Shown one piece after another: positions 23,315 to 37,030 of a DNA stretch of 64,000 bases. Numbering within the stretch: position 1 is the stretch's first letter; each line of letters opens with the position of its first letter. Position numbers and translations under genes: made by a program. The notes under the pieces were generated by a model, which ran no database searches, was not told the origin of the DNA, and was given only the letters and a program-made list of their open reading frames with translations. The stretch comes from Mobula hypostoma (taxonomy: Eukaryota), in contig NC_086109.1 in assembly GCF_963921235.1 (NCBI RefSeq), forward strand, positions 30,134,001 to 30,198,000, read 5' to 3'.

Positions 23315-23960
23315 CAGATTTCAGATTAAGATTTAATTATCACATGTACATCAAAACATACAGTGAAATGCATCATTAACAAACAACACATCCAATGATG
23401 TGCTGGTGGCAGCCTGCGTCACTACTCATTCTGGTGCCACATATGGTAGCATGCCCACAACGTTCAGCAGAATAGCACATGCAACAACAGCAACAAAACA
23501 AGACTACAACTGCAAAGCAAGCTCCTTTCCCTCCCTTTCCACTATCCGTGACTCCTTCGCACACACTGGTCTCCGACCCAAGGGCAGGCTGTTTCTGGGC
23601 CTCCAATCCTTGTCCCTGGACTCTCAGGCTCGCAGACATCAGTCTTCCAACTTTGGGCTTCACCCCAGGACTAAACAATCATTGTTTTGACCTTTTGTGC
23701 ATCGGCTCCCAGACTCGCAGGAAGCTCCTACCCTGGTGACCTGGGGCCTTGCGACTTCTTTGAGCCTTGTAACTCTAGTCTCCTGACTTCCATCTGTCTC
23801 TGTCTCTCTCTCGTTTGACCTCTGGACTTCCACTGATTTCTGGATGTCGACCCCAGGGTCGATCATGGGTTTAGCCTCAACTTCCAGACTCTTACGAACA
23901 TTGTTTGACTCTTGGGGCTTGGCTTTCAAATTTACACAGACCTACAATCTTAGTGACCTT
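23315..23960 (-). mobile_element. Non-autonomous element sharing its tail with the SINE at 51945-52100
   Basis: tcacatgtacatcaaaacatacagtgaaatgcatcatt...gatgtgctggtggcag...tgcccacaac is shared with 51963-52100. Confidence 0.55.
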
Positions 23961-23969
23961 GAGAGATAT

Positions 23970-24200
23970 ATTTTTTCCATAGATGCTGCCTAGCCTGCTG
24001 AGATTCTCAGCATTTTGTAGGTGTTGCTTGGATTTCCAGCAACTGAAGGTTTTCTGTTTTTTGGGAGATATGATCACTGGCCCTCCTGACTCCCACCTGT
24101 TCCCAGGACTCGCCTCACTTCTCCAGTTCTGATGAAGGGCCTTTCCTGTTCTTATTGTTGCTTATCCTACTGAGTGCATCCACTGTTCTGATTTTCAAAT
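23970..24200 (+). mobile_element. Old Penelope terminal-repeat fragments
   Basis: ccatagatgctgcctagcctgctgag...gttgcttggatttccagc, plus a degenerate cagttCTGATGAagggc at 24124-24140. Confidence 0.6.
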
Positions 24201-25469
24201 TTTATAGATCCATATCTTTCTTAAAAAAAGGCTGCAAGATTGACCTTTGTATTTGATCTGTTTGTTTACTGCAAGCTGGTACAAACTGTAATTTGTATTG
24301 TCCTCCATCAGAAATCTTACATTAACTTTATTGTACTGGCAAGATATTAAATAATGAAAAGATAGTTTAAAGTTACCTTTGCGAGTAATAACTGAAAAAA
24401 ATAACTGTAGACTATTGTAAATGAAAACAGGCTAGATTTGCATTGATTTATTTTTCAAACTTTAAACTATATTGGTTTCACGACTTAATTTCACAGTAGT
24501 TTCTTCATAGTTTGGGTCAATTGCTTAATTGAAAATGATGAGTTGGTAGAGTTTTAAATTATCATGGCAAGGTGATCAGGAAATTCTAATTCTGTGTGCA
24601 AATGGATTTTGATCCCCAAAAATATGATGAGGAGAATCCATATGTGAACATTAGAATGTTTGAGATTGCCTTAGCAAATTTATTTGCACTTTTGATGAGA
24701 TCTCAAGTATCTTGACCTTTTCGGGATTAGTAACAAGACCTTACTCAAAATTTCAGCTGTTTTAGACATTGAGTATATCACACTTTTATTCTAATGTCAG
24801 ACATTTGTGTGAGGTTAATTACTTAATTAAAGTAGGGTATTAATAAGGTACTTGAGTAGGTCTAAAATCTGGTGCGAGGATCTGCTTTTGACTACAGATC
24901 CTATTGATCTGTGGTGTTTTACAACTATCAATTGTTCACCTAGAATGTGCAGTGTAGAAAAAAGAGCATTGCTTGAGTCATTCCAATCAATTTTGTTTTG
25001 CTAATCTTAGCAATGCTTTTGTGATCATTAGAGAAAATGAAATTTTGTGCATATTCCTGCATCATTTTATTGGAACATAAAAAGGAGTGTATTTTTTCCA
25101 GAAGATAGTTCAAGTACTGTTATCATCATTGATTTGAGGTTTTCTTTATTTACTGAGCGAACTGAAGGTAGAGAAAGTAAATCGAATTGTGGAATTTAGA
25201 ACAGTTTAGCAGATTAAAACTAAAGTTCCAGTTTTTGTTCTTAAGCCTTTTGAGTACCGTTGAGTTCCTGCTACTTTTTGGTGACAGATGGCATTGCGTT
25301 GGTAATGCACTAAGTGGGCAGGTATTTAGGTATCCTTTGTACATAAAAATGTGGTAACTTAGTGTATGTTCATATTTGTCTGCTGCTGTAGACCATACAC
25401 TTCAAGGTTTGATATGATGACTCATTTGAGAGGCTGAGGGGTTGATAAACTGGACATACAGAGAAGGTA

Positions 25470-27685
25470 GTTACAGCCAAGGTACAGGACACAGGTGACC
25501 AGAAGGGGGAAAGGAGATAGACTGCCAGTGCAGAGTACCCCTGTGCTGTTCCTTTCAACAACAGGTTTGGATACTGATGGATGGGAGGGGGGTGGCCTAG
25601 CAGAAGAAAGCCACATAAGCTAGTTGTCTCACATTGAGTCTGGCTCTGCAGCTCAGAAGGGGAAGGGGAAAAAGAGGCGAGGGAAAAGAGTGATAGGGGA
25701 TTTGTTGGTATGGGGAACAGAGAGGAGGTTCTATGGATGAAAATGGGATTGCTGGATGTAAGCTGCCTCCTGGGTGCCAGGGTCAGTGTCATCTTGGATA
25801 GAGTCCACAGCATTGTTAAGTGGGAGGGTGAGCAGCTGGAATTCGTGGGCTATGTCAGTACCAATAACATGGGTAGGAGGGGTGACGAGGTCCTATAGAA
25901 TGTGTTCAGGGAGTTAGGTAGTAAGTCAAAGGACAGGATCTCCAGGGTTGTGGTCTTAGGATTGCTCTCTGTGCCACGTGCTTGTGAGGACAGAAGGTGG
26001 AATGGCATACGGTTTCACATGTGGCTAAGGAGATGCCACAGGAAGGAGGACTTCAGATTTTTGGATCATTTGGCTCTCTTCGAGTGAAGATGCAAACTGT
26101 ACAGATGTGGCATTTGCACCTTAACTAGCGGGGGTCTAATATCCTAGTGGGAAGATTTACTCATGCTTCACAGGGCCAGGTTTAAACTAGAGTTGAAGAA
26201 AATTAAGACCAGAGTGCCAGAACAGGTAGTGAAGTGGTTGTGGAGAAGCTGGTTAAGCTACATACAAGGTCAGAATCAAAAGGTTGAGCGTGGTGGGATG
26301 AATGTTCTGAGCTTTGTATATTTCATTGCAATGAGATGGGCTTAGGGCATGGAACAGTATGTAGAATTATGACATTGTAGCCATTAATGAGAAATAAAAA
26401 AAAATTTGCAGGTGCTTGAAATTCAAGCAACGCACACAAAATGCTGGAGGAACTCAGCAGGCCAGGCAGCATCTATGGAAAAAGTACAGTTGACATTTCG
26501 GGCTGAGAGCCTTCAGCAGGACAGGCTGAAGGGTATTGGCCCAAAATGTTTCCATTGATGCTGCTTGGTCTGAGTTCCTTCAGCATCTTCTGTGTATGTG
26601 TAGCCATTAATTAGACTTGGTTGCAAGAACGGCAGGACTGGTAGCTCAGTGTTCCGGCAGTTTTAGATGTGATAAAGTGGGAGGGATTAAATGCAAAGAG
26701 AACGCATTATTCATCAGGGAAAATGTCACAGCAAATTGCAGAGAGATCACAGATTGTTGCAAGAAGCATAAGGTTGTGATAGTAAGTGATTCTAACTTCA
26801 CACATATTGACTGGGACTCCCATACTGTAAAAGGGCTTGATGGGAAGGAGTTTGAAATGTGTTCAGGGAAGTTTCCTTAATCAGTACATAGAAGTCTCAA
26901 CTGAGAGTGTGATTCTAGATCTCCTGTTAGGGAATGAGACAGGGCAGGTGACAGGTATTTGTGCAGAGGAAAATTTTGCATTAGTTCCAAGGTACAGTTA
27001 TTATGTAAAATGATAGGTCTTGTCCTCGGGTTGAGATTCTAAATTGGAGAAAGGCCAGTTTTGATGGTATCAGAAAGTATCTGACAAGTATGGATTTGGA
27101 TAGGTTGTTTTCTGGCAAAAGTGTACTTGGTATGTGGGAGGCCTTCAAAAGTGAAATTTTGAAAGTACAGAGTTCGCATGTTCCTGTCAGAATAAAAGAT
27201 AAGGATAGCAGGCTTAAGGAACATTGGTTTTCGAGAGATGTCGAGGACCTGGGTAAGAAAAACGAAGGAGATGCGTAGCAGGTATTAGCAGTTGAAAACA
27301 AATGAGGTACTTTAGAAGTACAGGAAATGCCAGAGAACATTTAAGAAGGAAATCAGGAGGGTTAACAGAAGGCATGAGATTGTTCAAGCGCATATGGTGC
27401 AGGAGAATCTTAAGGGCTTCTACAGATATATTTCGAGCAAAAGGATAGCAAGGGACAAAATAGGTCCTCAAAGATCAGACTGGTAATCTATGTATGGAGC
27501 AGAAAGAGATGGGGGAGATCTTAATTTGATTTTTTGTATGTCTTTACTCGGGAGATGGACGCAGAATCTGTAGATCTAAGGCAATGAAGCAGCAAGGTCA
27601 TGAAGCCTATATAAATTACAGAGGAAGTGTTGACTGTCCTGAGGCAAATTAGGGTGTATAAATCCCCAGAGCCTGACAGGGTGTT
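25470..27685 (+). mobile_element. Decayed CR1 (ORF1 esterase region to the ORF2 linker)
   Basis: ORF1-like FRELG.K.KDRISRVVVLGLLSVPRA and FRFLDH; APE YDIVAI..TWLQ and D.NF..IDW; ends near KSPEPD. Confidence 0.8.
26393..26598. mobile_element. Inverted Penelope terminal-repeat insert within the CR1 endonuclease region
   Basis: - strand arm ~26405-26522 with CTGCTGA...GAAATGTC; + strand arm ~26525-26598. TSD TGTAGCCATTAAT at 26376-26388 and 26599-26611 (17 bp with one mismatch). Confidence 0.85.
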
Positions 27686-28758
27686 CTGTGACTATGTTGT
27701 GCATTCAGATATGCTGTTCTGTGCACCATTCTTATCTCCGAGGCTCTCGATTGATCAGGGTCAATCCTGGATGTTGCGTCCTAGCTGTCTATGTGATACG
27801 CAAGCCAGTATGTAAGCCAGGACAGTACGGTATGGGGAGCAAACTGATGCCCTTATAGCAGGCTCCCCATTTCCATGTAGTTGATAAATCCAAAGAATGG
27901 CAAAGACTGATACAGGTTTGCACCAATGGCATCACAGGAGTTGCCAGTCAGCACTGAAGTCAATTGAGGACCGCCTTAGGCAGTCCAGCTCCAGAGTTTT
28001 CCTTGGAGTTTTCTGCTGAAGCCTTCTCCATGATTGGGTATAACTGCAAGGCAGCGGAGGTTTGATATCAGAATTTTTACTTTTTCCTCGATGACCTGCC
28101 AACCGCGGCTGACGAGCTCCTTCTGCCTGAAGCAACTGGTTTTAAGGCATCAGTAATCCGCCTTTGCCTCTTCTCCCAGTACAAACAGTTTTACCGTGCT
28201 TAGTAACTAAGCCACACATGAAGGCAGGAGCTGGACTTGATTGTCAGAGACTATTTGAGATGCACACCCGTGGGAGCATTTAATAGGTAGTGAGAGCTTA
28301 TCCCCACTACCACCCACAGCTATAACAACTTTAAGGAACCATCACTGTTATAACGCATGGTTGCTTAAGTTATTGTCACCTTCCTGTCTGGCTGATTTCT
28401 TCTAACCTTTTGCTCATTAACATGTCAGTTTTGCTCACAGGGCTGCTGCTCATTTTTTCTTTGTTCTCACACCATTCTCTGTAAATTCTAGAGACTGTTG
28501 TGTGGAAAAACCCAGGAGATCAGCGGTTTCTGAGGTACTCAAACCACCCTGTCTGGCACCAACAATGATTCCCCTGCCAAAATCACTTAAGTCACATTTT
28601 TTCCCCCTATTCAGTTGGTTGGTCTGAACAACATCTGAACCTTTCCGCCATGCCTGCATGCTTTTGTGCATTGATTTGTTGCCACATGATTGCTGATTAG
28701 ATATTTGCATTAATGAGCAGGTGTTTAGCTGTACCTAATAATGTGACCACTGGGTTTA
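27686..28758 (-). mobile_element. Tc1-like non-autonomous element remnant, interrupted at ~27728-28342
   Basis: ORF 28450..28710 DLSDFGRGIIVGARQGGLSTSETADLLGFS (Tc1 HTH); terminal gtacctaataatgtgaccactg. Confidence 0.75.
27728..28342 (-). mobile_element. Probable RTE-clade-derived non-autonomous element
   Basis: The - strand has gctcgtcagcc...ggcag...gaggaaaaag...tctgatatcaaacctccgctgccttgc...ggagctggactgcctaaggcggtcc, resembling RTE 5' regions as I recall them. It interrupts the Tc1 remnant. Confidence 0.55.
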
Positions 28759-30709
28759 TTTGTTATGTAATATTTGTTTTATTTATATAAACTCCAGGAA
28801 GAACATACAAGCTGAAATTGTGTTCCATTTCCTGCTCCCTTTTAAGCTCATTTGGTGGTTGCAAAATTTGTTGTACTCTACTGTATATATAATATATCTG
28901 TATATACATACATCACACACACACACATTTGTGTGTATATAAGTATATGTCTTTAGATATTAAAAGGGTACCATTCAATTGTCCAGAAAATTGATTAGAC
29001 TGACATCACCTGTCCCAAAAATGGCAATTATTGAAGGTTATTTGTGATGCGATAAAGAATTTGCAGAGTGGGACTGATTGAACCATTCTATATCATTTCC
29101 TTCCAATATTATTTGAGTGTATGACCAGTTGTATCCTTCAGCTTTACAGCAGTGGAGAATTTTTTACTTCTTCAGAAAGTTATAAAGAAACAGTCATATA
29201 AGGCAGAAGCTCAAGGAGAAATTAAAATTGAGTAAACTGCAAAAATCTACTTCAGTTTCCATAGCAGAGATTAGAAGATAGCCATGTAAACCATGGACAC
29301 TTACCTTTATTTCTTCCTTGATTCTCCTCAAACAATTTTCTGCAATTATAATCACAATTCAAATAACATCTTGCCAATTTTATGAATGGGTGGTGACTCC
29401 CACTAATTCACTTCAGGAATTTTTAAAACAAGTTCACCAATATTGAATATTTTGGGTTATCTCTAAAATAAAGTATAACTCAGTCAAGGGACACATAATC
29501 CCTTAGTTCCCATGAAATGCAACAAATTGGAACTGGTAAAAAGAAATTTAAAGTAATGTTATTACAATGCCACACAGTCACTGGGCAAGCCCACATAAAT
29601 GTATGTAAAAGGAAGTCTTAAAGTAAAATCAAATTTAAATTTAATTAAAATAATGGGTATTTATTGGCATCATTGAGTTTTATTGCTGAAAAATAATCTA
29701 AACCAGTATTTTCAAATGGACTTTGGGATTTATATCTGGCAATGTTAGTAAAAGATTGTCAGATTCAAACTTTGATATTTTGAGTGCATGTACAGAAGCC
29801 ATCTCAATCAGGATTGTACACAAAATTAAAAGAGTATGACAGAAGGAAAATGTGCAAGTCAAGAAAGCACTGTTTAAAAACTTGAGATTTAAAATAGAAT
29901 GCTAAATTACTCTTCAAAGTACTTGCAGAAAAGCAAGTAGAAAAAGTATTTGCGTCAAACCCCAATTGGCGAAGTCGGCGATTTATGGATTTTAGTGTTT
30001 AATCTGTTAAGGAATCAATTCACTGAGATTATATGGTTGAATGTGTCACTTTTCTTCTTATTGGGTAAGCCTATGTATGGAAGGTGTTGAACTGATTGCC
30101 TAATTGTAGTGGAATAACAAGTGTTTGTATATGGTAATTTGCAAGATTATATCTTGTGCACAGATTGTTTTCTATACTGATCACTAAAATCAGTAAACTA
30201 ATGTACAAAAACATTGAAGATACTGAAAATCTGAAGCCAAGTCTATTTTCTTGAAATTTCTTTTTTTTCTACTTTTGAAATGCATGACATCACACAGTTT
30301 CCAGTTTCTGATGTGAAAGGTGGATGAGCATAGAAACTTTCCGGTGTTTCCAAGGAACAACATGTATGCTACTTAAAATAAGGCAGATTATAGTCACTGG
30401 GAATATCTTTGTAAAGGATTACTCCTCTGTAGGTTTGCTGGCCTGAGTGACTGATTTCTTTTATGTGGTATTCGGTAATAAGATTCTGTAGAATACCGTG
30501 GGTAATGAATTAGAAAACACTCACCACCAAGTATGAAATTAACCATTGAAGTAGTCCATCTTTTTCATTTTAAAGATGCCTATTGATAGCAGTGCTGGAA
30601 GCAGTCCTTTGAGCTGACGTACATTTGTTGGAAAGAGAATCGGTTTTGATAATGACTTACTATTATTTTCTCTAATATGGGAAAATGTTCTACATCAGAA
30701 TACATAGAA

Positions 30710-33700
30710 TTGTGGCACCGATAAGTGGTGACTCTTTGCCTGCAGCTCCAATGGGAATCATCAAATATTCCTGTTTAGGACTACTACAGCTGAAATCCAG
30801 TCACAGCCATAGGTACTTGAGTAAACAATATCATTTTAAGACGTTTAAAATAAAATAAAAATCTGTCAATACTCCAGATCAGCAGATCCTGGACTTCAGA
30901 TTAGGGTCGCAAGTATAGTTCCACTTTAAGAAAAAGGAAGCATGGAAGATGTGCCAGTCTGTAGGTGTGATTGAAATAAAGAAGCCTTAGACACCCCCCC
31001 TCCCCCCACCCCCAACTCTGGACTATCCTGCTGGTGACTGTGTAGTCTCTGGAAAATAAAATTGAAGACTCAGGGGAAGATTGCAGTAGTAGAGGGACAT
31101 CATACTATGCTGTATACTTTGTTTCACAGAAGCATGGCTCACCTCTGTCATTTTGAATGCAACAATGCACCCCGATGGCTTCATCATTCTTTGGAGAGAC
31201 AAGAGAATTGAGTTTTTTAAAGGTAGGGGAGGCAGGGTATGCTTTATGATTAACTCATCATGGTGCAAAGATGTGGCAGTTCTGTCTCAATCCTGCTCAC
31301 CTGACCTAGAACATCTAGCTGTCAAGTTTCGTCCATTTTATTTGCTGAGGTAGTTTTCCACCATCATTCTAGTAGTGGCCAATGTCAAGCAGGCACTGGA
31401 GGAACTGAGCACCATGATCAGCAGTCACAAAATAGTGCATGTTGAGGCCTTCCTTATTATTCCGGGGGATTTCAACCAGAATAACTTGAAGGCTCTGAAC
31501 AACTACCACTAATATATAGTATTACCTTGGAGCCAGGGGAGCCAACACACTAAAGCACTGTTATATTACCATCAAGAACACTTACTTTGCCATCTTACAT
31601 CAACACTTTGGAAAGCCAGATCACCTGGTTATACTTCTACTCCTGGCATATAGGCAGAGACTAAAGACTGCAGCACCAGTGGTAAAGACCAACAAGGTAT
31701 GGTCAAAGGAGTGGAGGAGCGCTTACTGGACTACATTGAATCAGTGGATTGGACAATATTCAGGAATTCATCTTCGAATCTGAATGATTATACTATAGTT
31801 GTCACTGACCTCATCAAGACCTGTGTGGATGAGTGTGTGCCTTCGAGAACATCTTGGACATGCAAGCCAACAGCTGTGTATAAGCAGGAGATTTGTAGTC
31901 TGCTGAGGGCAAGGTGTATGGCATTCAAGATCGATCTTCCAAAACTATACAAGAAGTCAGGTATGACCTTTGGAAGGTTGTTTTAAGAGTGGAAAAATAA
32001 ATTCCGATTGAAGTTAGAGAGGGAATCAAATGCACATCTGCCCTGGCAGGGTTTACAGGTCAACAAGGTGAAATGTAACATGAACGGTTGTGATGCTTCA
32101 CTCCAGATAAGCTCAGCACGTTTTATGCACACTTTGAAAGGGAGAATAAAACTACATCTGTGTGAATCCCTGTGACCTCTGTCTTGGAGGCCAATATTTG
32201 GACATTTTTCAAGAGGATAAGCCCTCATAAGATGTCAGGCCCTGACGGTGTACCTGGTAGGACAGTGAAACCTGTGCCAACCAACTAGTGGGGAGCGTTT
32301 GAGGATATCTTCAATCTTCCACTGCTGCAATTGGAGGTTCCCACCTGTTTCAAAAGGGTGACAATCATATCTGTGCCCAAGAAGAGTAGGGTGAGCTGTG
32401 TCAATGACTATCACCCAGTTACACTCACATCTGCTGTGACGAAGTGCTTTGAGAGGTTGATCATGGCCAAAATCAACTCCAGTCTAAGCAAGAACCTGGA
32501 CCTGCTACAATTTGCCTATCACCACAGTAGATCTACAGCGGATGCAATCTCACTGTCTCTCCACTCGGCCTCAGATCACATGGATAATAGCAATACCTAT
32601 GTCAGGCTGCTGTTTATTGATTTCAGCTCAATGTTCAACACAGTCATATCCTCAGTTATAATCAACAACTTGGGCCTTTGTACTTCTCTCTGCAACTGGA
32701 TCCTTGACTTCCTCACTGGGTGACCACAATCAGTGAGGATCAGAAATAAAGTCTTTTCCTTGCTGACACTGGAAAAACTCAAGAATGCGTGCTTAGCCCA
32801 CTGCTCTGCTGTCTCTACACCCACAACTGTGTGGCAAGGCACAGCTCAAACTCCATATATGCAGATGACACAACTATTTTTGGCAGAATTTCAGATGATG
32901 ATGAGGCAACGAATTAGAGCAAGATAGATCAGCTGGTTGTGTGATATTGCAACAACCTTGCACTCAACCTTATTAAGGCAATGGAATGTGGACTCTGGAA
33001 AGGGGAAATTGAGGGACTATAAGTTCTCATCAAGGGATCAATAGCAGAAAGAATGAGTAGTTTCAAATTCCTATGTGTCAGCATCTCTGACCCTACGTAT
33101 TGATGTAATTACAAAGAAGGTATGACAGTGGGTATACTTCATTAGGTGTTTGTGCAGAGTTGATATGTCACCAAAGGCTGTCGCAAATTTCTGTAGACAT
33201 ATTGTGGAGAGCATTCTAACTGATGCATCACTTTCTGGGGCTACGGCACAGGATTGAATACAGGAAGTTGTAAATTCAGCCAGCTCCACCATGGGCACTA
33301 GTCTCCCAACACTGGACACCTTCAAAAGGCAATACCTCTAACAGGCAGCATCCATCATTAAGGCCCACCACCCACCCCCAAACACCCAGCACATGCCCTC
33401 TTCTCATTACTGCCATCAAGCAGGAGGTACAGGAGCCTGAAGAGAGACACTCAGTGTTTCAGGAACAGCATTTTCCTATCTACTGAATGGGCAATGAGCC
33501 CATGCACACTACCTCAATTTTTTTCTTCTTTTTGCTTTCCTTTTGCACTGATATTTAAGTTGTTTTTTGTGTGGTGGATTCCGGTTAATTGGCACAGCCA
33601 CTTCTTTGGGACAACTCTTAAAGAACAAAAACTAATCAAGAAAACAGCCAGGATTCCCTTCATTTATTGGGAAAAAATGATGCTTATTTTGGGCAGAAAA

Positions 33701-34452
33701 CTGTTGCCAGTCATTTCCTAACTTGTGTGAGTTGTGTGCATGTTGTGTGGCTATTAGATATTACACTGTGCTTAGAATAAACAGTTTTTAAATAATATTA
33801 CTTATGTGTTTGTGTTCAAAAAAACTGATTTTTGTCATTGATAGTTGGCAAGGAATAAGCAGCTAGACAATTCAAGACTGTTTTGCTCACTATGGTTTCA
33901 AATATTCAGGGTTGGAGATGCCAGAAATGTGCATGAGTGAAAATTAAATGATTTCACTACTTCAACAAGTTAACAACTACAAGAAACTTGAAGGTGTTGA
34001 CAATCATTTTGAATATTTGGTAGATGCAATCATCAAAAACACTATTCAAAGGCACTGTTTGCAGAAGCTGTCTGTGCTGATTTTGTTCATTTACAGTCAA
34101 TCAAAAGAACAGTGAATGGATTTTCTGTCAATAACTATTAGGAACTTATGCATGGTTTTATAGTACTGTAGTAGTCTTGGTAGTGTCCTAATTTATTCTG
34201 TATTTAGATGCATTATTTTTATTCAGTTAAACAGTTTTTTTTATAGCTTTTTAACTATTTCCTTGAAAGATTGGCTAATTCGGACAGCTACTTAAATGTG
34301 TCAAAATGTACTGGTCCCAATGTGTGCCAGTTAACCAGGATCCACTGTGTTTCTTTTTGTAATTTATTTTGTTTCTATTATTATGTATTGCAATGTACTG
34401 CTGCTATAAAAACAACAGATTTCACAACATATGCCAGTATTATTAACCTGAT
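30710..34452 (+). mobile_element. Near full-length but heavily decayed Rex/Babar LINE (APE + RT), with a MITE in its 3' UTR
   Basis: [59 protein letters not shown]; multiple stops and frameshifts; tail at 34350-34452. Confidence 0.85.
33572..34347. mobile_element. Tigger/pogo-type MITE
   Basis: TIRs GTGGATTCCGGTTAATTGGCACA / TGTGCCAGTTAACCAGGATCCACTG. Confidence 0.75.
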
Positions 34453-34604
34453 TTGGAGAATTAGAATGAGGCTTATTTTCATTGAAGTATGCCGTGACAT
34501 TTGTTGTTTTGTAGCAGTAGTACAGTGCAAAACATAAAAGGTTGCAATACCAAACAAATATATCGTCTGAATGACAGTACAAGTGCAGTTGGATTATGCT
34601 AAAG

Positions 34605-35259
34605 TATTTCCATATCTACATCCCTCAAATTTCCCACTGGCAACTGAGGAATATTATTAGTTATTTTTTGTGTAATTCATGAAATTCCAGCTTTTTTTTT
34701 CTGGACATTACAAACAAAGCCTGCATATATTGCCCATGCCCGATTGCCCTTGAGAAGGTGGTAGTGAATTGCCTCGGTGATTTGCTTCTATCTTGGTGAA
34801 GTTATTTCCACGTGCTGTTTGCAGAGTGTTACAAGATTTAGATCCTGATAAAGAACCAGGAGCATATTTTCAAGTCAGGATGGTGCTGATAAATCCCCTT
34901 GGTCACAGGCAAGCAAGTTGTAATTTATTATATTGATTAGTTTTAATGCAGTGGGAGGCTAGGAATTACGAGTAGAACGATTGAAATATCAAATTGCAGC
35001 AAGCCTGCATACATGTTTGAAGATAACATATCAAAGGCTTGGTCATAGACATGTGGTAGGTGCAAGTCAAGAAAGACTTACGGATGACAGCATATTTGAA
35101 AGGTAGAAGGAGTGCACCAGGATAGATGGAGCTATTTACAGTTTCAATTAGCAGAGGGCCAAGGTAAGTTAAATATCATCAGTATGATCAGCTGCCAGTG
35201 GGAAATTTGAGCGATGGAAATATGGAAATAATTTAACTATTTAACTTACCTTGACTCTG
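34605..35259. repeat. Nested inverted repeats, possibly an old MITE or palindromic element
   Basis: 43-bp IR at 34605-34647 / 35188-35230; perfect 15-bp IR at 35161-35175 / 35238-35252. Confidence 0.7.
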
Positions 35260-36389
35260 AGAGAGAGAGTGAGCTAAGTTCCGTAGACAGTGCACCTGAA
35301 AAGGCAAAGTGCTTACACTTGTCATGTTACATTTAATGTATTAATACACTTGACTCCTTAAATGGCAGAAATTAAGTTTCTATATAGAAAAATACAGCTA
35401 CTGTTACAAATCAGGTCTTTCACGAAAATGATGTACCAAGCTGTAAAGGGTAGGAGATAATAGTGACCTGTTTGTGTTAGACATGAATGCATTAGACATC
35501 AGAAAGTTTATAAACTTACCTGCAAATTTGTATTAAAATATTATTTAGTATATGCAACATGACTAAGATCCTTATTACATCTAGTCTCACAGTCAGTTTA
35601 TTTGGTTCCCTACGTAGCAGGCATTTCAGGTGTTTTCCCATCCAAGTAATGACCAAGGTTAAATTTGTTTAACTGGGTACTTAATCAACAGCACAGATCC
35701 ATCACTGCCATTTGAATGAATCTGGTGATACATTTAGGACAATATCTTATCTTTATTCTTTGAGTGCAATCTGTCAAAAGATACAGTGAAGACATCGTTA
35801 CAAGCTTGTTTTGCCTTTTATGTCAAGTTGCAAGTTTTGAAGATAATTAATGGAAGTCTCACTTTACAAAAAGGTTTTAAGGAAACATTAAAATACAGTG
35901 CAGGCACATGAGAAGGATTAGTTACAGGAAAATCTGTTTGAATGGGATTCTGTGCACCAGCATGGACTTGATAGACTGAATGGCCTCAGTCTATGTTGCA
36001 AGAAACTATGTATATATGGATTAGCTATATATTTCATGTTATGTTACACACATTGGAAGAATATGCAGCAGTTCATTTGCAACCTTACCGGATATAAATC
36101 TGCCATCTATCTGATGTGTAGCTGTTTCATTGAGGTCAAAAGTATGCTATGTCTGTAAATTTCAGCTGTAAATTTTAGCTTGCAGTTGGAAATTGAATCT
36201 CTTGCTAATTTTATCTGATTTGAGCTGTGATCTGCAGATTCCAATTTTATCTATGAAAAATTTTCATGGAACATGCAGAATATTATGAGTTCTTCTATGG
36301 AATAATTCTTGATGTTTTGTCAGAAAATGCATCAAGATAGATCTTTCTCACAACTAGTCTGTTTTCTATGGCATTCTCAGATTTATTCA

Positions 36390-37030
36390 CCATGGAAATA
36401 GAACCTTCAGCTCAACTTAGCCATGCCAAGTGGTCTATCTGAGCTAGTCCCATTTGCCTGCATTTGACCCATACCACTTTAAACCTTTCCAAACTATGTA
36501 CCTATCTCAAAGTCTTTTAAATGTTCTGATTGTACCCATTTAAACCAGCTCATTTCATATAGCCATTATCCTCTGTACAGAAAAGTTGCCTCCCAGGTTC
36601 CTTTTAAATCTTTCCTCTCTCGAACCTATTCCCTAACTGTAGTTTTAGACGCCCCAGCCGTTAGAAAACACTGACTTTGACTTTACGTAGCTGTATAAGG
36701 TCACCCCTTAATCTCTTACACTCCAGAGGGGTAAAAGTCACAGCCTATTAAGCCTTTCCTTAAAACTCAAATATTCCAGTTCTGATAACATCTTCATGAA
36801 TTTTTCTGTACCCTTTCTAGCTTGATGACATCCTCCTTATGGCTGGATGATACTTCAGGTGTTCTCTCATGAATAGTCATACAGTTGTAACATGACATTT
36901 CCCAACCTTTATACTCAGTACCATGGCAGATGAAGACAAACATGCCAAATACATTCACCACCCTGCCTATCTGTGTCTCCACTTTCAGGGAACTCTGTAC
37001 TGCTACGTCTCTGTTCTACAACGTTCTTTA
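36390..37030 (-). mobile_element. Decayed CR1 3' fragment
   Basis: DVIKLERVQK in ORF 36794..36982; CR1 3' UTR-like end near 36390. Confidence 0.75.
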
